Below the pieces are notes generated by a model that worked only from the letters and a program-made list of their open reading frames with translations, was not told the origin of the DNA and made no database searches. The position numbers and the translations under genes were made by a program. This document shows, in pieces, positions 18,201-33,200 of a stretch of DNA of 64,000 nt. How positions within the stretch are numbered: position 1 is the first letter of the stretch; the number at the start of each line of letters is the position of its first letter. Source of the stretch: Endomicrobiales bacterium (GTDB lineage: Bacteria > Elusimicrobiota > Endomicrobiia > Endomicrobiales > JALOBY01); the NCBI GenBank assembly GCA_963796955.1, contig CAWCNJ010000006.1, positions 102,691 through 166,690 on the forward strand, given 5' to 3'.

Positions 18201-21200
18201 CGGCGGCTATTACCAATCTTTCTGCGTTAACAGGCAATTCAGCCGGTGAGATAAGCTTAAGCTGGGCATCTCCCGGAGCAGATGGAGCCATGAACGATAT
18301 TTACGGCGGGGCGTTCAAGATACGTTATTCCACCTATACCACGGCCTCCGCCGGTTTCTGGTTGGACGCGGCCTCTAACTGGACGGACCAGGCCAACAAG
18401 TATCAGGTGACCATTAACACTAATACTACGCCAGGCGCAATCCAATACTATACACTTGTTGGACTGTTGCCGGGTGTGACATATTATGTGCGTACCTGGA
18501 CGCGCGATGAAGTCGGCGTAGACAGCACCAGCTGGAACGGTAACTGGTCTACTCTATCTAATGGCGCGACGGCCTGGGCTATGACAACAACAATGCCTGC
18601 CGGTATTACCGACCTTGTGGCCACAAACAATAGTGCGCTCAGCACCGTTTTGCTAACATGGACGGCCCCGGGCGGTAACGGCCAGACGGCAGGCCTTCTA
18701 AGCGGTTCTGCTTTTAAGATAGCGTATTCCACCGTAAATGTGATATCCGCTGATAACTTTAACGTCTTGCCTTCGACCATGGCAATACAAACCATAACTA
18801 TCTCAACGGTTGCCGCGGCCATGAGCCCGCAAAGCTATAATGTTGGCGGCCTTGTAAACAACACCAAATATTGGTTTGCCATAAAGACCATGAACTCGGT
18901 CGGAAATTGGTCTGTCTGGCAGTCGTCGGCAGATGTTGCCGCCGATAACACACTTGCCAGCACGGTGTGTTCTTACGCTAATGTTGCCCCTACTATATCC
19001 AGCCTGCAAACGTTAAACGGTTCGTTCATTCCCATCAACTGGACAAACGCCGGCACCGTAATTTCATCGTTTACCATAAGCGATGCTAATGTTGGCCAGC
19101 TGGTAAGGTACAACGTCCAGATAACATCGCTCACGACGAATGGGGCGGCGGACTGGTCAGGTATATTTGTCAGCACCCGCTCAGCTTTAGTCAACCAGGG
19201 CGTTGAAACCTTTACCTGGCCCGCTCTTAATTCCAATGCCACCTTCTACTGGTGGCGCGCCTGGGCGGAAGACATAAATGGGGCAGTATCTTCCACCACA
19301 ACGGTTTCAGTTAGCGGCGACAAGGCCTTGGTGGCGAACAGGTCTATGTTTGATCCTGGTTACATCGCCCTTGACGCCGGCACACCGGCACCGGATTATG
19401 GAAAAACAGTCACTTTTGGTGATTTTAACGGCGACGGGTACCAGGACATAGCGACAGCGGGCTATCGCGATGCCGGCGGGTATACAGACATTACAAGAGT
19501 ATTTCTAAATAACGGCACGGGTGACGGTACTTTTAACGCGTCGTATATTACGCCGCCGCTACAAGCAGGCAATACCAGAAATATAATGAGATGGGGCGAC
19601 TTCAATAATGACGGTAATCTGGACCTGGTGCTTGGCGGATTCAACAAGCGCCTTGCTATTTGCCAGAACAACGGGGCCGGCGACTTTAACAACCCGCCGA
19701 TCTACCTTGATCCTGATGCCAGTTTCTGGTGTTGCAACGGTGCAGGTGCCGTTGGTGATGTGGATAATGACGGCCAGCTGGACATAGTGGTAAGTGGAAA
19801 TACCAATACTTCCGTCCTGATGCGTATATACCGCAATAATGGCGACGGCACATTTACGCAAAGCGAGCCTCAGGCCGGGTGGGGTACCAATACAGGCGCA
19901 TTGTCGTTGGTGGATGTTGATAATAACGGCAGTTTGGATATCGCGATGGGTGGTATTGACACCAACAGCGCTCCAGCATTCCGCATTTACAGGAATAACG
20001 GCAATGGAACCTATACATCTTACATTACGCCGGAAACTATCGATACGCCGTTTACAAGCATTTATACTGCCTGGGCAGATTTTGACAACGATGGCTTGCT
20101 GGATTGCGCTTTGGAAGGCGATGGCGTAGTGCGGCAGTACCATAATAACGGCAACAACACTTTTACCAGGTCGTCAATAACAAGCGATGTGTATTATAAC
20201 GGCGCTATTGATGCCGCTGATCTTAACAGCGATGGTTTTGTTGATGTTATCGTTACCGGCCGTGACGCCGGCTTTATAAGAGACCTGAAGACCTATCTAA
20301 ACAATGGTAACGGAACATTTGCCGCAGGCGATAGTATTCTGCCCGGTTGGGGCGTAGGCGGCACAAATTATTATGATAACGGCAGTATGGAAGCTGCCGA
20401 TACGAACAACGACGGTTTTCCCGACCTGGCAGCATATGGAGAAGACACCGCTCATACCGTATCATTGCGCGTATTTACCAACAAAGAAGCTGCTTTAGGC
20501 AATACGAACACGGCTCCCGTGCCGCCTGGAATTTCCAATATGACGTTTACCTACAGCGCCTCAAGAAGCACATTTACCGTAACGTGGCAGCCGTCTCGGT
20601 ATGATGTGGGCCATTCCTCCAACTCGGTTTATTATAATGTGGAAGTTTCCACTTATCCCACAACACTGCGATCAGACAAAAAGCGCATCGTAAATTCAAA
20701 CAAGTTCGTAGAAACCTGGGATTTTGGCAGCCCGAATCTGGGTAGTTTCATCCGCCCGTCTGTTTCCACCAGCTGGGCAGGCGTTAGCGGTACATCGATG
20801 GTGGGTTATACGATCGCACCCTCAACAAACAATTACCTGTTGAACGCCACCACCTTCTATTTCCGCATTCAGACAATAGATTCCGGATTAATGCGCAGTA
20901 CCTGGTCGGCGGAGTTCTCATGCCTTGCTTCAACGAACATTGCACCTGCTGGTCCTGCAGGCATAACGGATCTTTATGCAGCAAACAACGCCGGCATCAG
21001 CGGCATTTCGCTGACTTGGACAGCCTCCGGCGACGCTGGCCAAAGCGGCAACCTTACCAGCGGCTCGGCTTTCAAGATAGAATATTCGACAGTAGGAATA
21101 ATTACCACCGGCAATTTCGATACGCCGCCTGCAAACCTTGCCGTGACAACGATCAATATCTCTACAACGACAACGGCACAAAGCCGCCAGAGCTGGAGCC

Positions 21201-24200
21201 TGCCCGGGCTGCTTAATAACACCACCTACTGGTTCGCGATTAAGACAGAAAACAGCGAAGGCCAGTGGTCAACGTGGCAGTCATCAGCTGATGTGGCGGC
21301 TTACAATTTATTCTCAAGCACTGTTTGCCTCTATTCGAATGTTGCACCCGATGCGCCCGCAAATCTTGTTCAGATAGATGGCACACTGGGCAATGTATCT
21401 TCATTTACCTGGACAAGTTCCGGCAACATTGTTTCGTCGTTCACGATAACCGATCCAAATGGCGGCCAGCAGGTGCGCTACCACATACAGGTTTCAACGG
21501 TTTCGGATTTTGTGTCTGGCCTTGCCACGTGGACTAGCGGCTACTTCCTTAACTACACATCGTCATATTTGAACCAGGGAACAACGACATATGCATGGCC
21601 TGCCCTTACAGCCGGTAAATTCTACTGGTGGCGCGCGTGGGTGGAAGATGCTTATGGCCTTGCATCATCCACTTCTTCGGTGCTCTTAAGCGGCGGCACC
21701 GCGGCATTCGCTTACAAGACCTCATTTGATCCGCAGGGCAGCAATCCAATACCATGGACGGCGAACGCGTCAGCCAATGGCCAATTTACCTTTGGAGATT
21801 ATAACAACGACGGTTACCCTGACCTTGCAATATGGGGCGACGACCCTACGGCGAAACTGCACGTTTACAACAATTTGGGCGGTGGATCTTTTAACGCGAC
21901 ACCGGTGCAGCCAGCTTCCGGCTTTGGCGTCGATCACACTTCAAATGACGCTTGCAGCTGGGGAGATTTCAACAACGATGGTTACCTGGACCTTGCGGTT
22001 TCGGGCTGGGGCAGTGGGTCAGCATACACCTGTGAAGTTTTCAAAAATAACGGAAGCGGGGGTTTTGCAGCGACACCGATATTGCCAATAACCGGCTGGG
22101 GCGTTGCGTATAGCCCATCTGTCGCCTGGGGCGATATTAATAATGACGGCAATCTGGATCTTGCTGTTATGGGTGGTTATAATGCTGTCAACTTCCTTCG
22201 TATCTTCAAGAACAAAGGAGATGGAACTTTTGACACGAATTATATTGAGCCAACCCCCGGCTGGTCGCCAAAATCGGGTTATATAAACGGAAGCCTTACT
22301 TTTGCCGACATCAACAACGATGGAGCCATGGACCTTATTGTGGGCGTAGATGCTCCGGGCACGGAAGGAAGGGTTTACCTGAACAAGGGAGACGGCACCT
22401 TTAACCCGGCTTACGTATCGATAGACGCTGCCAAGACGGTCTGCGGTGATCTTGACAATGATGGATGGATAGATCTGGCTATGTCGGAATACAATAATAT
22501 CAGGATCTACACCAACAACCACAGTGGCGGTTTTACCACAAGCACTTTGCCAAACTCAAACTATAATGACGGGATCCTTGCCTGCGGCGATTTTGACGGT
22601 GATGGTTTCCTGGATTTAGCGGCGGCGGGGCAGGTTCTTAACAATAATGCCAATTCTGCTTCATTGAAGATAATACGCAATAACGGCGCTGGAAGCTATG
22701 CGGCGGCTGTGGATGTTTTCCCGGGCTGGGGCCTGTTTAGCTCCTGCATAGGTGCCATCGATTACGAAAACGATGGAGACCTGGATATAGCCGTTTGCGG
22801 CACCGACAGGAACAACAGCAGCAATGTTTTCAGGATATTAAAAAACACACAAGCGCAGATGTCCAACGCCAATGTGGCGCCCACTCCGCCCGCAGGCATA
22901 ACGGCTTTGTCTTCTTACGACCTTAATATCGCGTCCATAACCCTATGCTGGACGCCCGCGCAATATGATGTAAGCCATTCGTCTAACTCCATTTATTATA
23001 ACGTGGAGATGTCCACATTCCCTACAACGCTTTCCGGTGATAATCTGCGCCTGGCAACCAACGGCCGCTACACTTTGCCCTGGGACTTTGGCAACCAAAC
23101 CCTTGGCTCATACGTCCGCCCGCCGGTAAAACAGTGGCCGGGTTCGTCTCAGCCAACACACGGAACTGCCTTTAATGTTTCACTTGCCGCTTTAGGCGCG
23201 AACCCTACATATTATTACCGCGTTCAGACCATTGACAGCGGCCTTATGCGCAGCACCTGGTCGGCGGAATACCAAGTTTGTATTCCCGCGCCCTCTGCCC
23301 CCAATGCGCCCACAGGTTTAACGCAGTATATTGTCGGTGGCTCCACGCTTGTAACGTTTGGCTGGGCTGGCAAGACGGGCGATGTTGTAGCTTCGTCATT
23401 TACCATAACTGACCCTAACGGAAGCACGCAGGTTAAATACCATATTCAGATAACCTCCGTAACGCCGCAAAATTCGCCTCTTTGGAGCCAGGGTTTGTTC
23501 GTGGATTATACTTCCGGCTGGCTTACTCAGGGCTCAACAACCTATTCCTGGCCGGCACCGCCCAATGGCGGCAGGTACTGGTGGCGTGTATACGCGATAA
23601 ACCAGAGCAGCGTGGCATCCTCCGCCGCGACACTGCTTCTCGATGGTTCGAACCCAGTAATATCTTTAAAAACGGACATAGACCCGATAGGCGCCGACAT
23701 TGTGCCCGGCCTTGGGGTTACAGACGGTTCTTTAGAGCTTGGTGATTTTGATAACAACGGAACGCTTGACCTTGCGGTTATCGGTTGGAACGGCACCGGC
23801 CAGATATGCCGCGTATATAAAAATAACGGGGACGGGACATTTAACCAGACACCGGTTTCACCGATCACAGGCTTTGGCGCCGAACGCGGCCAGGCCGCCT
23901 GGGGAGATTTCAACAATGACGGCTATTTGGATCTCGCCGTTTGCGGCAATGGCTCCACCCGGTCGTGTTATGTTTTCCGCAACAAAGGGAACAGCACGTT
24001 TGACTCTACACCCATACAGCCACAAACAGGCTTCACAGCAAGATGGGCCGCTATAGCCTGGGGCGATTTCAATGGCGACGGTTACCTTGACCTTGCCGTA
24101 ACCGGCAGGGATGACTCGAACAATTACAAGTTCTATACATTTAATAATTTTGGCAACGGCAGCTTTAATCAAACGCCTGTAGAGCCCGATCCAGGCTGGG

Positions 24201-27200
24201 GCGTTGGCAACTACCAATCAGGCCTGGCCTGCGCGGATTACGATAACAATGGCACCCTGGACCTTGCAATTACGGGACTGGCTCAAAATGGTAGCGGTTA
24301 TGCGCGAATTTACAAGGGTTATGGCAATGGAACATTCAATCCTGCGTTCGTAAATCCCGACGTAAACAGCGATACGTTCCTTGGCACGAACGCATTCGCA
24401 GATTATAACAATGACGGTAATCTGGATCTGGCGATAGCTGCCGGCACATTCAGGATAGATACAAACAAAGGCGACGGCACTTTTAACGCTACTCCAGTTA
24501 TGCCTGAAGGCAGCGGCGGTTACCAACGTGCCGCTACCAATGGTTATATGGCAAGCCTTGCCTGGGGCGACCTTAACAATGACGGTAAGCCTGACTTGGT
24601 AATGAACGGCGCGACTATTGGCGGCACAAACACCTCACGCACATACACTAACAACGGGAACGGCACATTTACCGCGGCTGATATTTCTCCGGGTTGGGGT
24701 GTTAATGGCGCTGTGGCCATCGGAGATATTGACAACGACGGCGACGAAGATATTATTGCAGAGGGCACTCAGGCTTCTAACAGCGCAATATACTTGCGTG
24801 CCTTCCGTAACAGAAACAACGATATGGGCAATGTTAACGTTGCACCCAGCGCCCCAAGCGGTATGTTGTCGCAGGTTTCGTATTCTGTAACATCATCCAC
24901 CATAATTATCACCTGGCCGCCATCTCAATACGACAGCGGCATGTCTTCCTGCTCGCTTTCTTATCAGGTAGCTGTTGCCACGATGTCTATGACGCTGGCC
25001 TCGAACCAGACGTTGATACAATCCCCCACATCATTCATGACCCCATGGGCCAGTGAAGGCGACAGCTACGGCACATTCAACCGCCCGCCGGTAAAGGTGT
25101 GGGGAACAGATGTTACGCCTAAACATGGCTACCAGCTGAACTTAAGCACCAACTCAATAAAAGCCAACACCACCTATTATTACCGCGTGCAGACAATAGA
25201 CAGCAGCCTTGCAAGAAGCAACTGGTCAACGGAATTTACGTATTTCACGGGCACACCGCCCTCTGGCGTAACAGACCTGTATGCAACCGCCGGCGGAATC
25301 GGCACTGGTGCCGTAATGCTAACATGGACGGCCCCCGGCGATGCCGGCCAAATTGGTAACCTAGCCACTGGCTCAGCGTTCAAGATCGAGTATTCATCGG
25401 TTGGCATTATCAATTCCAGCACGTTTACTTCGCCGCCGGCGAGCCTTGCCGTTAAGAGCATTACTATATCCACTAACACCACCGCCATGAGCCCGCAAAG
25501 CTACAACGTTACGGGACTTATCGGCAGTACCACCTATTGGTTCACCCTGGAAACAGAAAACGCCGAGGGCGTGTGGTCTGTCTGGCAGTCATCGGCAGAT
25601 GTCGCCGCCTACAACGACTTTGCCTGGGCTTATACAAATTATGTAAATCTCGCCCCGAATGCGCCGTTCAACCTTGCGCAGATAGACGGCAGCCTCGGCA
25701 ATATCTCGTCGTTTACGTGGACGAATTCCGGCAACATTGTTTCGTCGTTTACTATAACCGACCCCAATGTTGGCGATCAGGTGCGGTTTGATATTCAGAT
25801 CACCTCGGTAACAACAAATGAAGCCGCCGATTGGACGAGATTGTTCGTTAGCACTCGTTCAGCGCTGATGAACCAGGGAACCACAACCTACACCTGGCCA
25901 ACGCTCAATCCCAACGCCTTCTACTGGTGGCGCGTCTGGGCGGAAGATAGTTTTGGCTTAACGTCGGCTACATCTGCCGCGCTTGGTGTTATTGGCAGCA
26001 CGGGCCCTGCGGTAGTTGCATACAAAACGCCGTTTAATGCGGCTTACCTAGAGCCTACTCCCGGCTGGGGATTTGGGTGGTGGACAGCACTTGCCTGGGG
26101 CGACTTGAATGGCGATGGTTACCAAGACCTTGCAGTGATCGGTACGGATGTTAGTTATACACGCACTCTGAGAGTGTATTTAAACAATGGCGATGGCACC
26201 GGATCCATGAATCCATCTTACATAGTACCCGAGGCTGGTGTTGGCTTGGCCCTGGGAGATTTAGCGTGGGGTGATTTTAATAATGATGGAAATATGGACC
26301 TTGCGGTTACCGGATTTAACGGCAGTGACCCCGGCCTGCTAAGAGTTTATGTTAACAACGGCTCCGGTGGCTTTAGTGCCAGCCACGTTGATCCCATCCC
26401 TGGCTGGGGCAGATACGGGAGCGCTGTTGCCTGGGGCGACTATGATAATGACGGCAACCTTGACCTGGCGATGATGGGTTCCGACGGCGGCCCTGTCAGC
26501 GACGGTGTATTTAGAATATTCCGCAACAAAGGCGATGGAACATTTGACCCTAACTTTATTGAGCCGCAAACAGGCTGGGGTATGTCAAGTGGCCGTATGT
26601 GCTGGGCAGATTACAACAACGACGGCGATCTGGATATATCTTTATGCGGCAATAACACAAGCGGTGCGACTGAGGTGCGTGTATATAGAAACAATGGCAA
26701 TGGCACATTTAACCCGACGCCAGCCTTTGTAAAGAGCGGTATTGGTGACATAGCCTGGGGCGATTACAGTAATGGCGGTTTCCTGGACATGTGTGTTTAT
26801 GATATGGCCGCTGGCATACAGATTTATTCAAACACTGGTAGCGGTTCTCTTAGCGGAACACCAACAAATATCTGTTCCGACGGCGGCGGCATGTGGAGCA
26901 TAAAGCTAGCTGCTGCTGATTATGATAACGACGGCAACATTGATGTGGCGGCTTCAGGGCAAATTGGCAGCCTTAACATGGGCAACGTAAGATTCCTTCA
27001 TAACAACGGAAATTCCACATTCTCAGGTTCACGTTCAACGCCCCTGCCTGGTTTGGGAATTAACGGTACTCTCGCGCTATCAGATAATAATAACGACGGC
27101 GATGTTGATATAGCCGCAGCCGGTGTAAGTCAAGCCGGCGACAGATGTTTCCTTGGCATTTTCCAAAACATGGAAGCCCAGATGGGCAATGCCAATACAC

Positions 27201-30200
27201 CGCCCATGCCGCCCTCTGCCAGCATAAACTTTAATTACAGCGGCTTTGCAACGCAGAAGAGTACCTTCACCATAACCTGGCAGCCAAGCCAGTACGATGT
27301 GGGCCACTCGTCTAACTCTATTTACTTTAATGTTGAAGCCTCCACATTCCCGACGACACTTGGCAGCGGCGACAAACGCATAGCCACCACCGGCCGTTTT
27401 GCACAATCCTGGAACTTCGGCAGCCCCAACCTTGGCAGCTTCATACGCCCGGCTATCTCCACCAGCTGGGCCGGCGCAACAGGCACAAGCATTGTGGGCT
27501 ATACTTTCGCGCCCTCAACCAGCGCGTTCGTATATAACACCACATACTATTTCCGAATTCAGACAATTGATTCCGGCTTAATGCGCAGCACCTGGTCTGC
27601 CGAATGTAAATGCCAATCCGCCGTGCCGCCAGCCGTTGTAACAGACCTTTATGCTACCGCCGGCGGCATAGGTTCTGGCGCGGTAATGCTTACCTGGACA
27701 GCCCCCGGCGATGCCGGACAGACCGGAAACCTTACAGCAGGCTCGGCGTTTAAGATAGAATACTCCACTGTTGGCATTATCAATTCAAGCACATTCACTT
27801 CGCCGCCGGCAAATCTTGCGGTGAAGACGGTAACGATCTCAACCAACACCACCGCCATGAGCCTGCAAAGCTACAACATAACGGGCCTAATTGGCAGCAC
27901 CACCTACTGGTTCGCCTTGGAAACTGAAAATGCCGAGGGTGGCTGGTCCATCTGGCAATCATCAGCCGATGTTGCCGCCTACAACCTGTACGCCAGCACC
28001 TGCACGGCGTTTATACCGCCCGCCATGATATATCGTTCCGTTGGGCCCGGCAGCACAACTGCATTAGTTACGGGCGCGGGAAATGGGCTTGTTATTTCCG
28101 GCAGTACCGCGACATTCGATAGCGGCCTTCCAAATAAAGTAGGCGTAGGTGATGCCATACAGTACGATGCTAACAACGATGGTACTGTTGATGCTATTCT
28201 CTTTATTTCAAGCAGAACGTCGGCGACAAGTTATACTGTGCAAAGCGCTGATGGCAAAACTGCACCAACTGCTACATCGGTAAAAACCAACACCTGGTCG
28301 GTATTTAGATCGTACACATCTTTGCATAATGTGCTTCAGTCACTGACGGTAAACAGCGGCATTAGCGGCCTGGTAAGCGGTAGCGTTAACCCGGGCATAA
28401 ACCTGGTGTCAAATAATGTGCAGCTGAATATCGCCTGTTACGGTGATGCGGCCGACACCACCAAGGTAGCTTTTAGCGGAATGTGGGTAACAAGCCCATC
28501 GAATAAGATCAGGATATTTACACCAGTTTCCAGCGGCGAGGCCGGCGTCAGTCAGCGCCATACAGGTATATGGGATACGGGCAAATATTACATTGAGAGT
28601 GGCAATGGGCATATCCTCTTGTTAGAAGTTAACTATATAGTAGTTGATGGTTTGCAAGTACATCTTAACTCAACTAGCAGTTCCGATACACGAGCAATAG
28701 GAATGAGTACACCCGCAGGCGCTTGCGATATCACTGTTGAGAACTGTATAGTAAGAGGTTCTACGAGTACCAGTAATACATATGACTACTTCGGTGGCAT
28801 TGTTGATGGAGGCGGAAGCGGAACTGGCGTGATAAAGATAGTAAACAATATAGTATATGATTTCGCTGCGGGTGGCGGGGGGATTACTCACGTTGGCATT
28901 GCAGGGGTTGATGGCGGTGTCTGGTACTACGTTTATAATAATACGGTATATAATTGTAAGGATGGTTTATTTTTTGGCGGTAACGACACTCTTAAAAATA
29001 ACATCTCGTATGGAAACTCAGAGTCAAATTACAACAATGCCGGTGTTGGCAATAATAATAACCTTTCCGGCCCTACGCTGGCGGATGCACCAGGTACAAA
29101 CCCCCTTAACAGCGCTCCCGTGCAATTTGTTGATGCCAACCGCTACGACTTGCGCCTTAGTGTAAGCGAAAGCTCCGCTACCGATAAGGGCGCTAACCTT
29201 TCGTCCGACGCCAATTTGCCATTCTCCACCGATGTTCTCGGCAACGCCCGCCCATACGGCGCGGCATGGGACGTTGGCGCATTTGAAAATTATCAAAATG
29301 TTCTCGGCGTGCCGCAGACTCTTACGGTTACCAATGTATATTATAGTTCTGTAACAGTTACATGGAACCTTATCAACGGCGCGACAGGCTATACGCTGAT
29401 CGCCTCTACATCGTCCAATATTCCGGTTACCGTATCCGCTTCAACCACCACGACCGGTGTAAATGCAACATCCGCGACGGTATACTCTCCCGCATTAAGC
29501 CTAGCAACCACCTATTATTTCTTCGTTCAGTCCACCGGCAACGCACTCGCAAGCGCCTGGTCGCTGCCGGTCTCAACAGTAACCTTGTCTGGCGACATCA
29601 CACCGCCAGCCGCGATAACCAATCTTGCGGCAGTCACCGGTTTTGGCCCCGGCACCATTAACCTTTCCTGGACCTCACCCGGTGATGACGGCATAACTGG
29701 CAATATTACCGGCGGCGCGTATAAGATACGTTACTCCACCTATACCCCAACATCGTGGAATGATGCCGATACCAGCTGGGCTGACTACGTCAATAAATAT
29801 CAGATAACGATAGCCACAAATTCTGTTCCAGGTGTAACGCAGTCTTATCCGCTTACCGGACTTACCGCTGGCGTAACCTATTACATTCGCGCCTGGACGC
29901 GTGACGAAGTGGGCGTAGACAGCACCAGCTGGAACGGCAACTGGTCGGCGCTGTCAAACGGCGCCACAAGCTGGGCGCAGATGGATACGGCGCCAAACAC
30001 CCCAATCAACCTTGTGCAGATAGACGGCACGCTGGGCAATATCTCTTCATTTACGTGGACAAACTCCGGCGTAATAACGTCGTCGTTCACACTGAGCGAC
30101 CCAGATAGCGGCCAGCAGATTAAATATCATATCCAAATAACCACTGTTTCCAGCAACGGTCTTGCCACGTGGACCAGCGGCTATTTCCTGAATTATACCT

Positions 30201-33200
30201 CGCCGTTATTGAATCAGGGCACAACCACTTACACCTGGCCCGCGATGACAGCCGGGAACTTCTACTGGTGGCGCGTCTGGGCGGAAGACAGTTATGGTTT
30301 AACATCTGCGACAACAACTGCCTTGATGAGCGGCGGTCCGGCAGTCTTTGCTTACAAAACCGCGTATGACGCAAAATATATAGAGGTTAACCCGGGCTGG
30401 GGAGTTGGGGGCAACGCCCATGGATCTTCAATTAAGTGGGGCGATATAGAAAATGACGGTTACCAGGATCTGATGGTGGCGGGCGAAAATCAGATTGGAG
30501 GCGAAGAGTTCTGCATTTATGATAACGCCAAAAATGGTTCCTTTAATGCTTCACCAATACATCCTAAACCGGGTTTCGGGGTGTCATGGTCGCCTTCCTG
30601 CGCTTGGGGCGACGTTAACAACGACGGCATTCAGGATGTGGCGGTTATAGGCGCCTCCGCTGATGATGTTTCTGGTTATACATTCAGGGTCTTTGCGAGC
30701 AATGGGAACGGCACGTTTGGCGCCGCCCAGGAGCCTACTGCCAACTGGGGCGAAGAAAATGCGGGCATAGCTTTGGGTGATTTTGACAACGATGGCTGCC
30801 TTGATGTTGTTGTTAGCGGCGCGGACGATGCTAAGGTGTCGGCCAATTTTAGAATTTATCGCAATAACGGCGACGGCACTTTCGGCCCTAACTTTATAAG
30901 GCCGGATATACCGCTTGAAAGCTCGGGTGATGAAAACGGCGGCGGCGACACATTGGCGTGCGGCGACTACAATAATGACGGTCTTATGGATATAGCGATT
31001 TCCTGGCCGACAGGCCTTGTACGAGTCTATAAAAACAATGGCGATCTTTCATTTGCCCATTTGACCAATGATATTTGTTCGTTCTTTGATTCCAATATTG
31101 CCTGGGGGGATTACAACAATGATGGATACCTTGACCTGTTTGTAGCAGGCCATGGTTTTACCGGCGTATTTCACAATAAAGGCGATGGCACGTTCGACTC
31201 TTCCGTAAATATTGCCGGTAATAATACTTTTACAGGAATTTCAGGCCAGGCGCCACTGTCACTTTGTGTCGGAGATTATGACAACGATGGCAATCTAGAC
31301 CTTGCCGCCGCCGGCCTTGACTATGCTGCCGGTACTGCGCGGAAATTGTATTTGTTCCACAACAACGGCCATGGCGCGTTTGACAGCGGCCCCGTTGAGA
31401 CGATGCCTGGCTGGGGTGTTGTAGATTGTTCGCTTGCCTTCGCGGATTACAACAACGATGGCGGCCTTGACCTGGCTGTTTCCGGGGCAGACAACAATAA
31501 TATAGCCCGCTGCTGCGTCTTTAATAACATGGAAGCCCAGATGGGCAATGCCAATACGCCGCCCATGCCGCCCTCTGCCAGCATAAACTTTAATTACAGC
31601 GGCTTTGCAACGCAGAAGAGTACCTTCACCATAACCTGGCAGCCAAGCCAGTACGATGTGGGCCACTCGTCTAACTCTATTTACTTTAATGTTGAAGCCT
31701 CCACATTCCCGACGACACTTGGCAGCGGCGACAAACGCATAGCCACCACCGGCCGTTTTGCACAACCCTGGAACTTCGGCAGCCCCAACCTTGGCAGCTT
31801 CATACGCCCGGCTATCTCCACCAGCTGGGCCAGCGCGCCCGGCACCTCAATGGTCGGTTATACGTTTGCGCCCTCCACCAGCGCCTTCTTGATGAACACA
31901 ACATGTTATTTCCGTATTCAGACGATAGATTCCGGCCTTGCGCGCAGTACCTGGTCAACGGAGAGTTCGGTGTATGTGTGTGGTTCTCCTACGGTGCCTG
32001 TGCTTGTTTCGCCGTTAGACAATTATGCTACAAACCAAATGACCGTTACATTCAATTGGGCTGACTCAACGGACACGATCTCAAATTCCAATTACACACT
32101 CAGGCTATCATCGTCTCCCGATTTCTCAGGAGTAACCTATTCATCTAATACCGTAAATATGTATGCCTCAATGGCCTTGACTACCAGTAAATGGTATTGG
32201 AGCGTTCGGGCGGGTAACCCGGTGGGCGCCTACAGCGCGTGGTCGTCAACGTGGTCGGTGGTGGTAGACACCCTAGCGCCGAGCGTGCCGATACTAACAT
32301 CGCCACTAGATAATTTCACAACCAACCAGATGGTGCTGACATTTGGCTGGAGCAGCGCGACCGATAACCTGACCGGTGTGAATGATTACACGCTGAGGCT
32401 TTCTACTGCGCCGGATTTCACGGGCGTAACGTATTCATCGATAACAGCGAACATTGTAGCCCAAATGTCGCTGACAACTGGCCATTGGTTCTGGGCAGTG
32501 CGTTCATTAGATAACGTAGGAAATTATTCAGCCTGGGCCTCGACATACACGCTGATTGTTGACACAACACCGCCGACGGTGCCTATCCTTACCGGCCCTC
32601 TGGACGGCTCAACGACCAATCAGACGGTGTTGACGTTCAACTGGGGCATATCCACGGATGACATAACAGGCCTGGCTAACTACACGCTTACCTTATCAAC
32701 AGCAGCTGATTTCAGTGGGGTAATATATTCGTCAATTACGACGAACACATCAGCCGCGATGACTATCCAGAGCTCCGATAAATGGTATTGGACGGTGCGT
32801 TCAGTCGATAATGCTGTAAATTATTCAGCATGGGCGAGCACGTGGTCGGTGGTCGTTGATACGCATGCTCCGACGGTACCGATACTTATAACGCCGCTTG
32901 ATAACTTCACAACGAACCAAATGACGCCTGCATTCGCCTGGCAAGGTTCAACGGATACGCTTTCAGGCATAGCGAATTATACGTTGCGCTTGTCGACCGC
33001 GCCAGATTTTAGCGGTACTATATACAGCTCAACAACAGCCAACACCCTTGCCAGCAGGGCGTTAGTTTCGTGCCGGTGGTACTGGTCGGTTCGAGCCGCA
33101 AACAATTCCGGCAACTACAGCGCCTGGTCGTCAACGTGGTCGGTGGTCATAGATACCGTATCCTCAAGCATACCGGTACTAACGGCGCCGTTAGATAACT

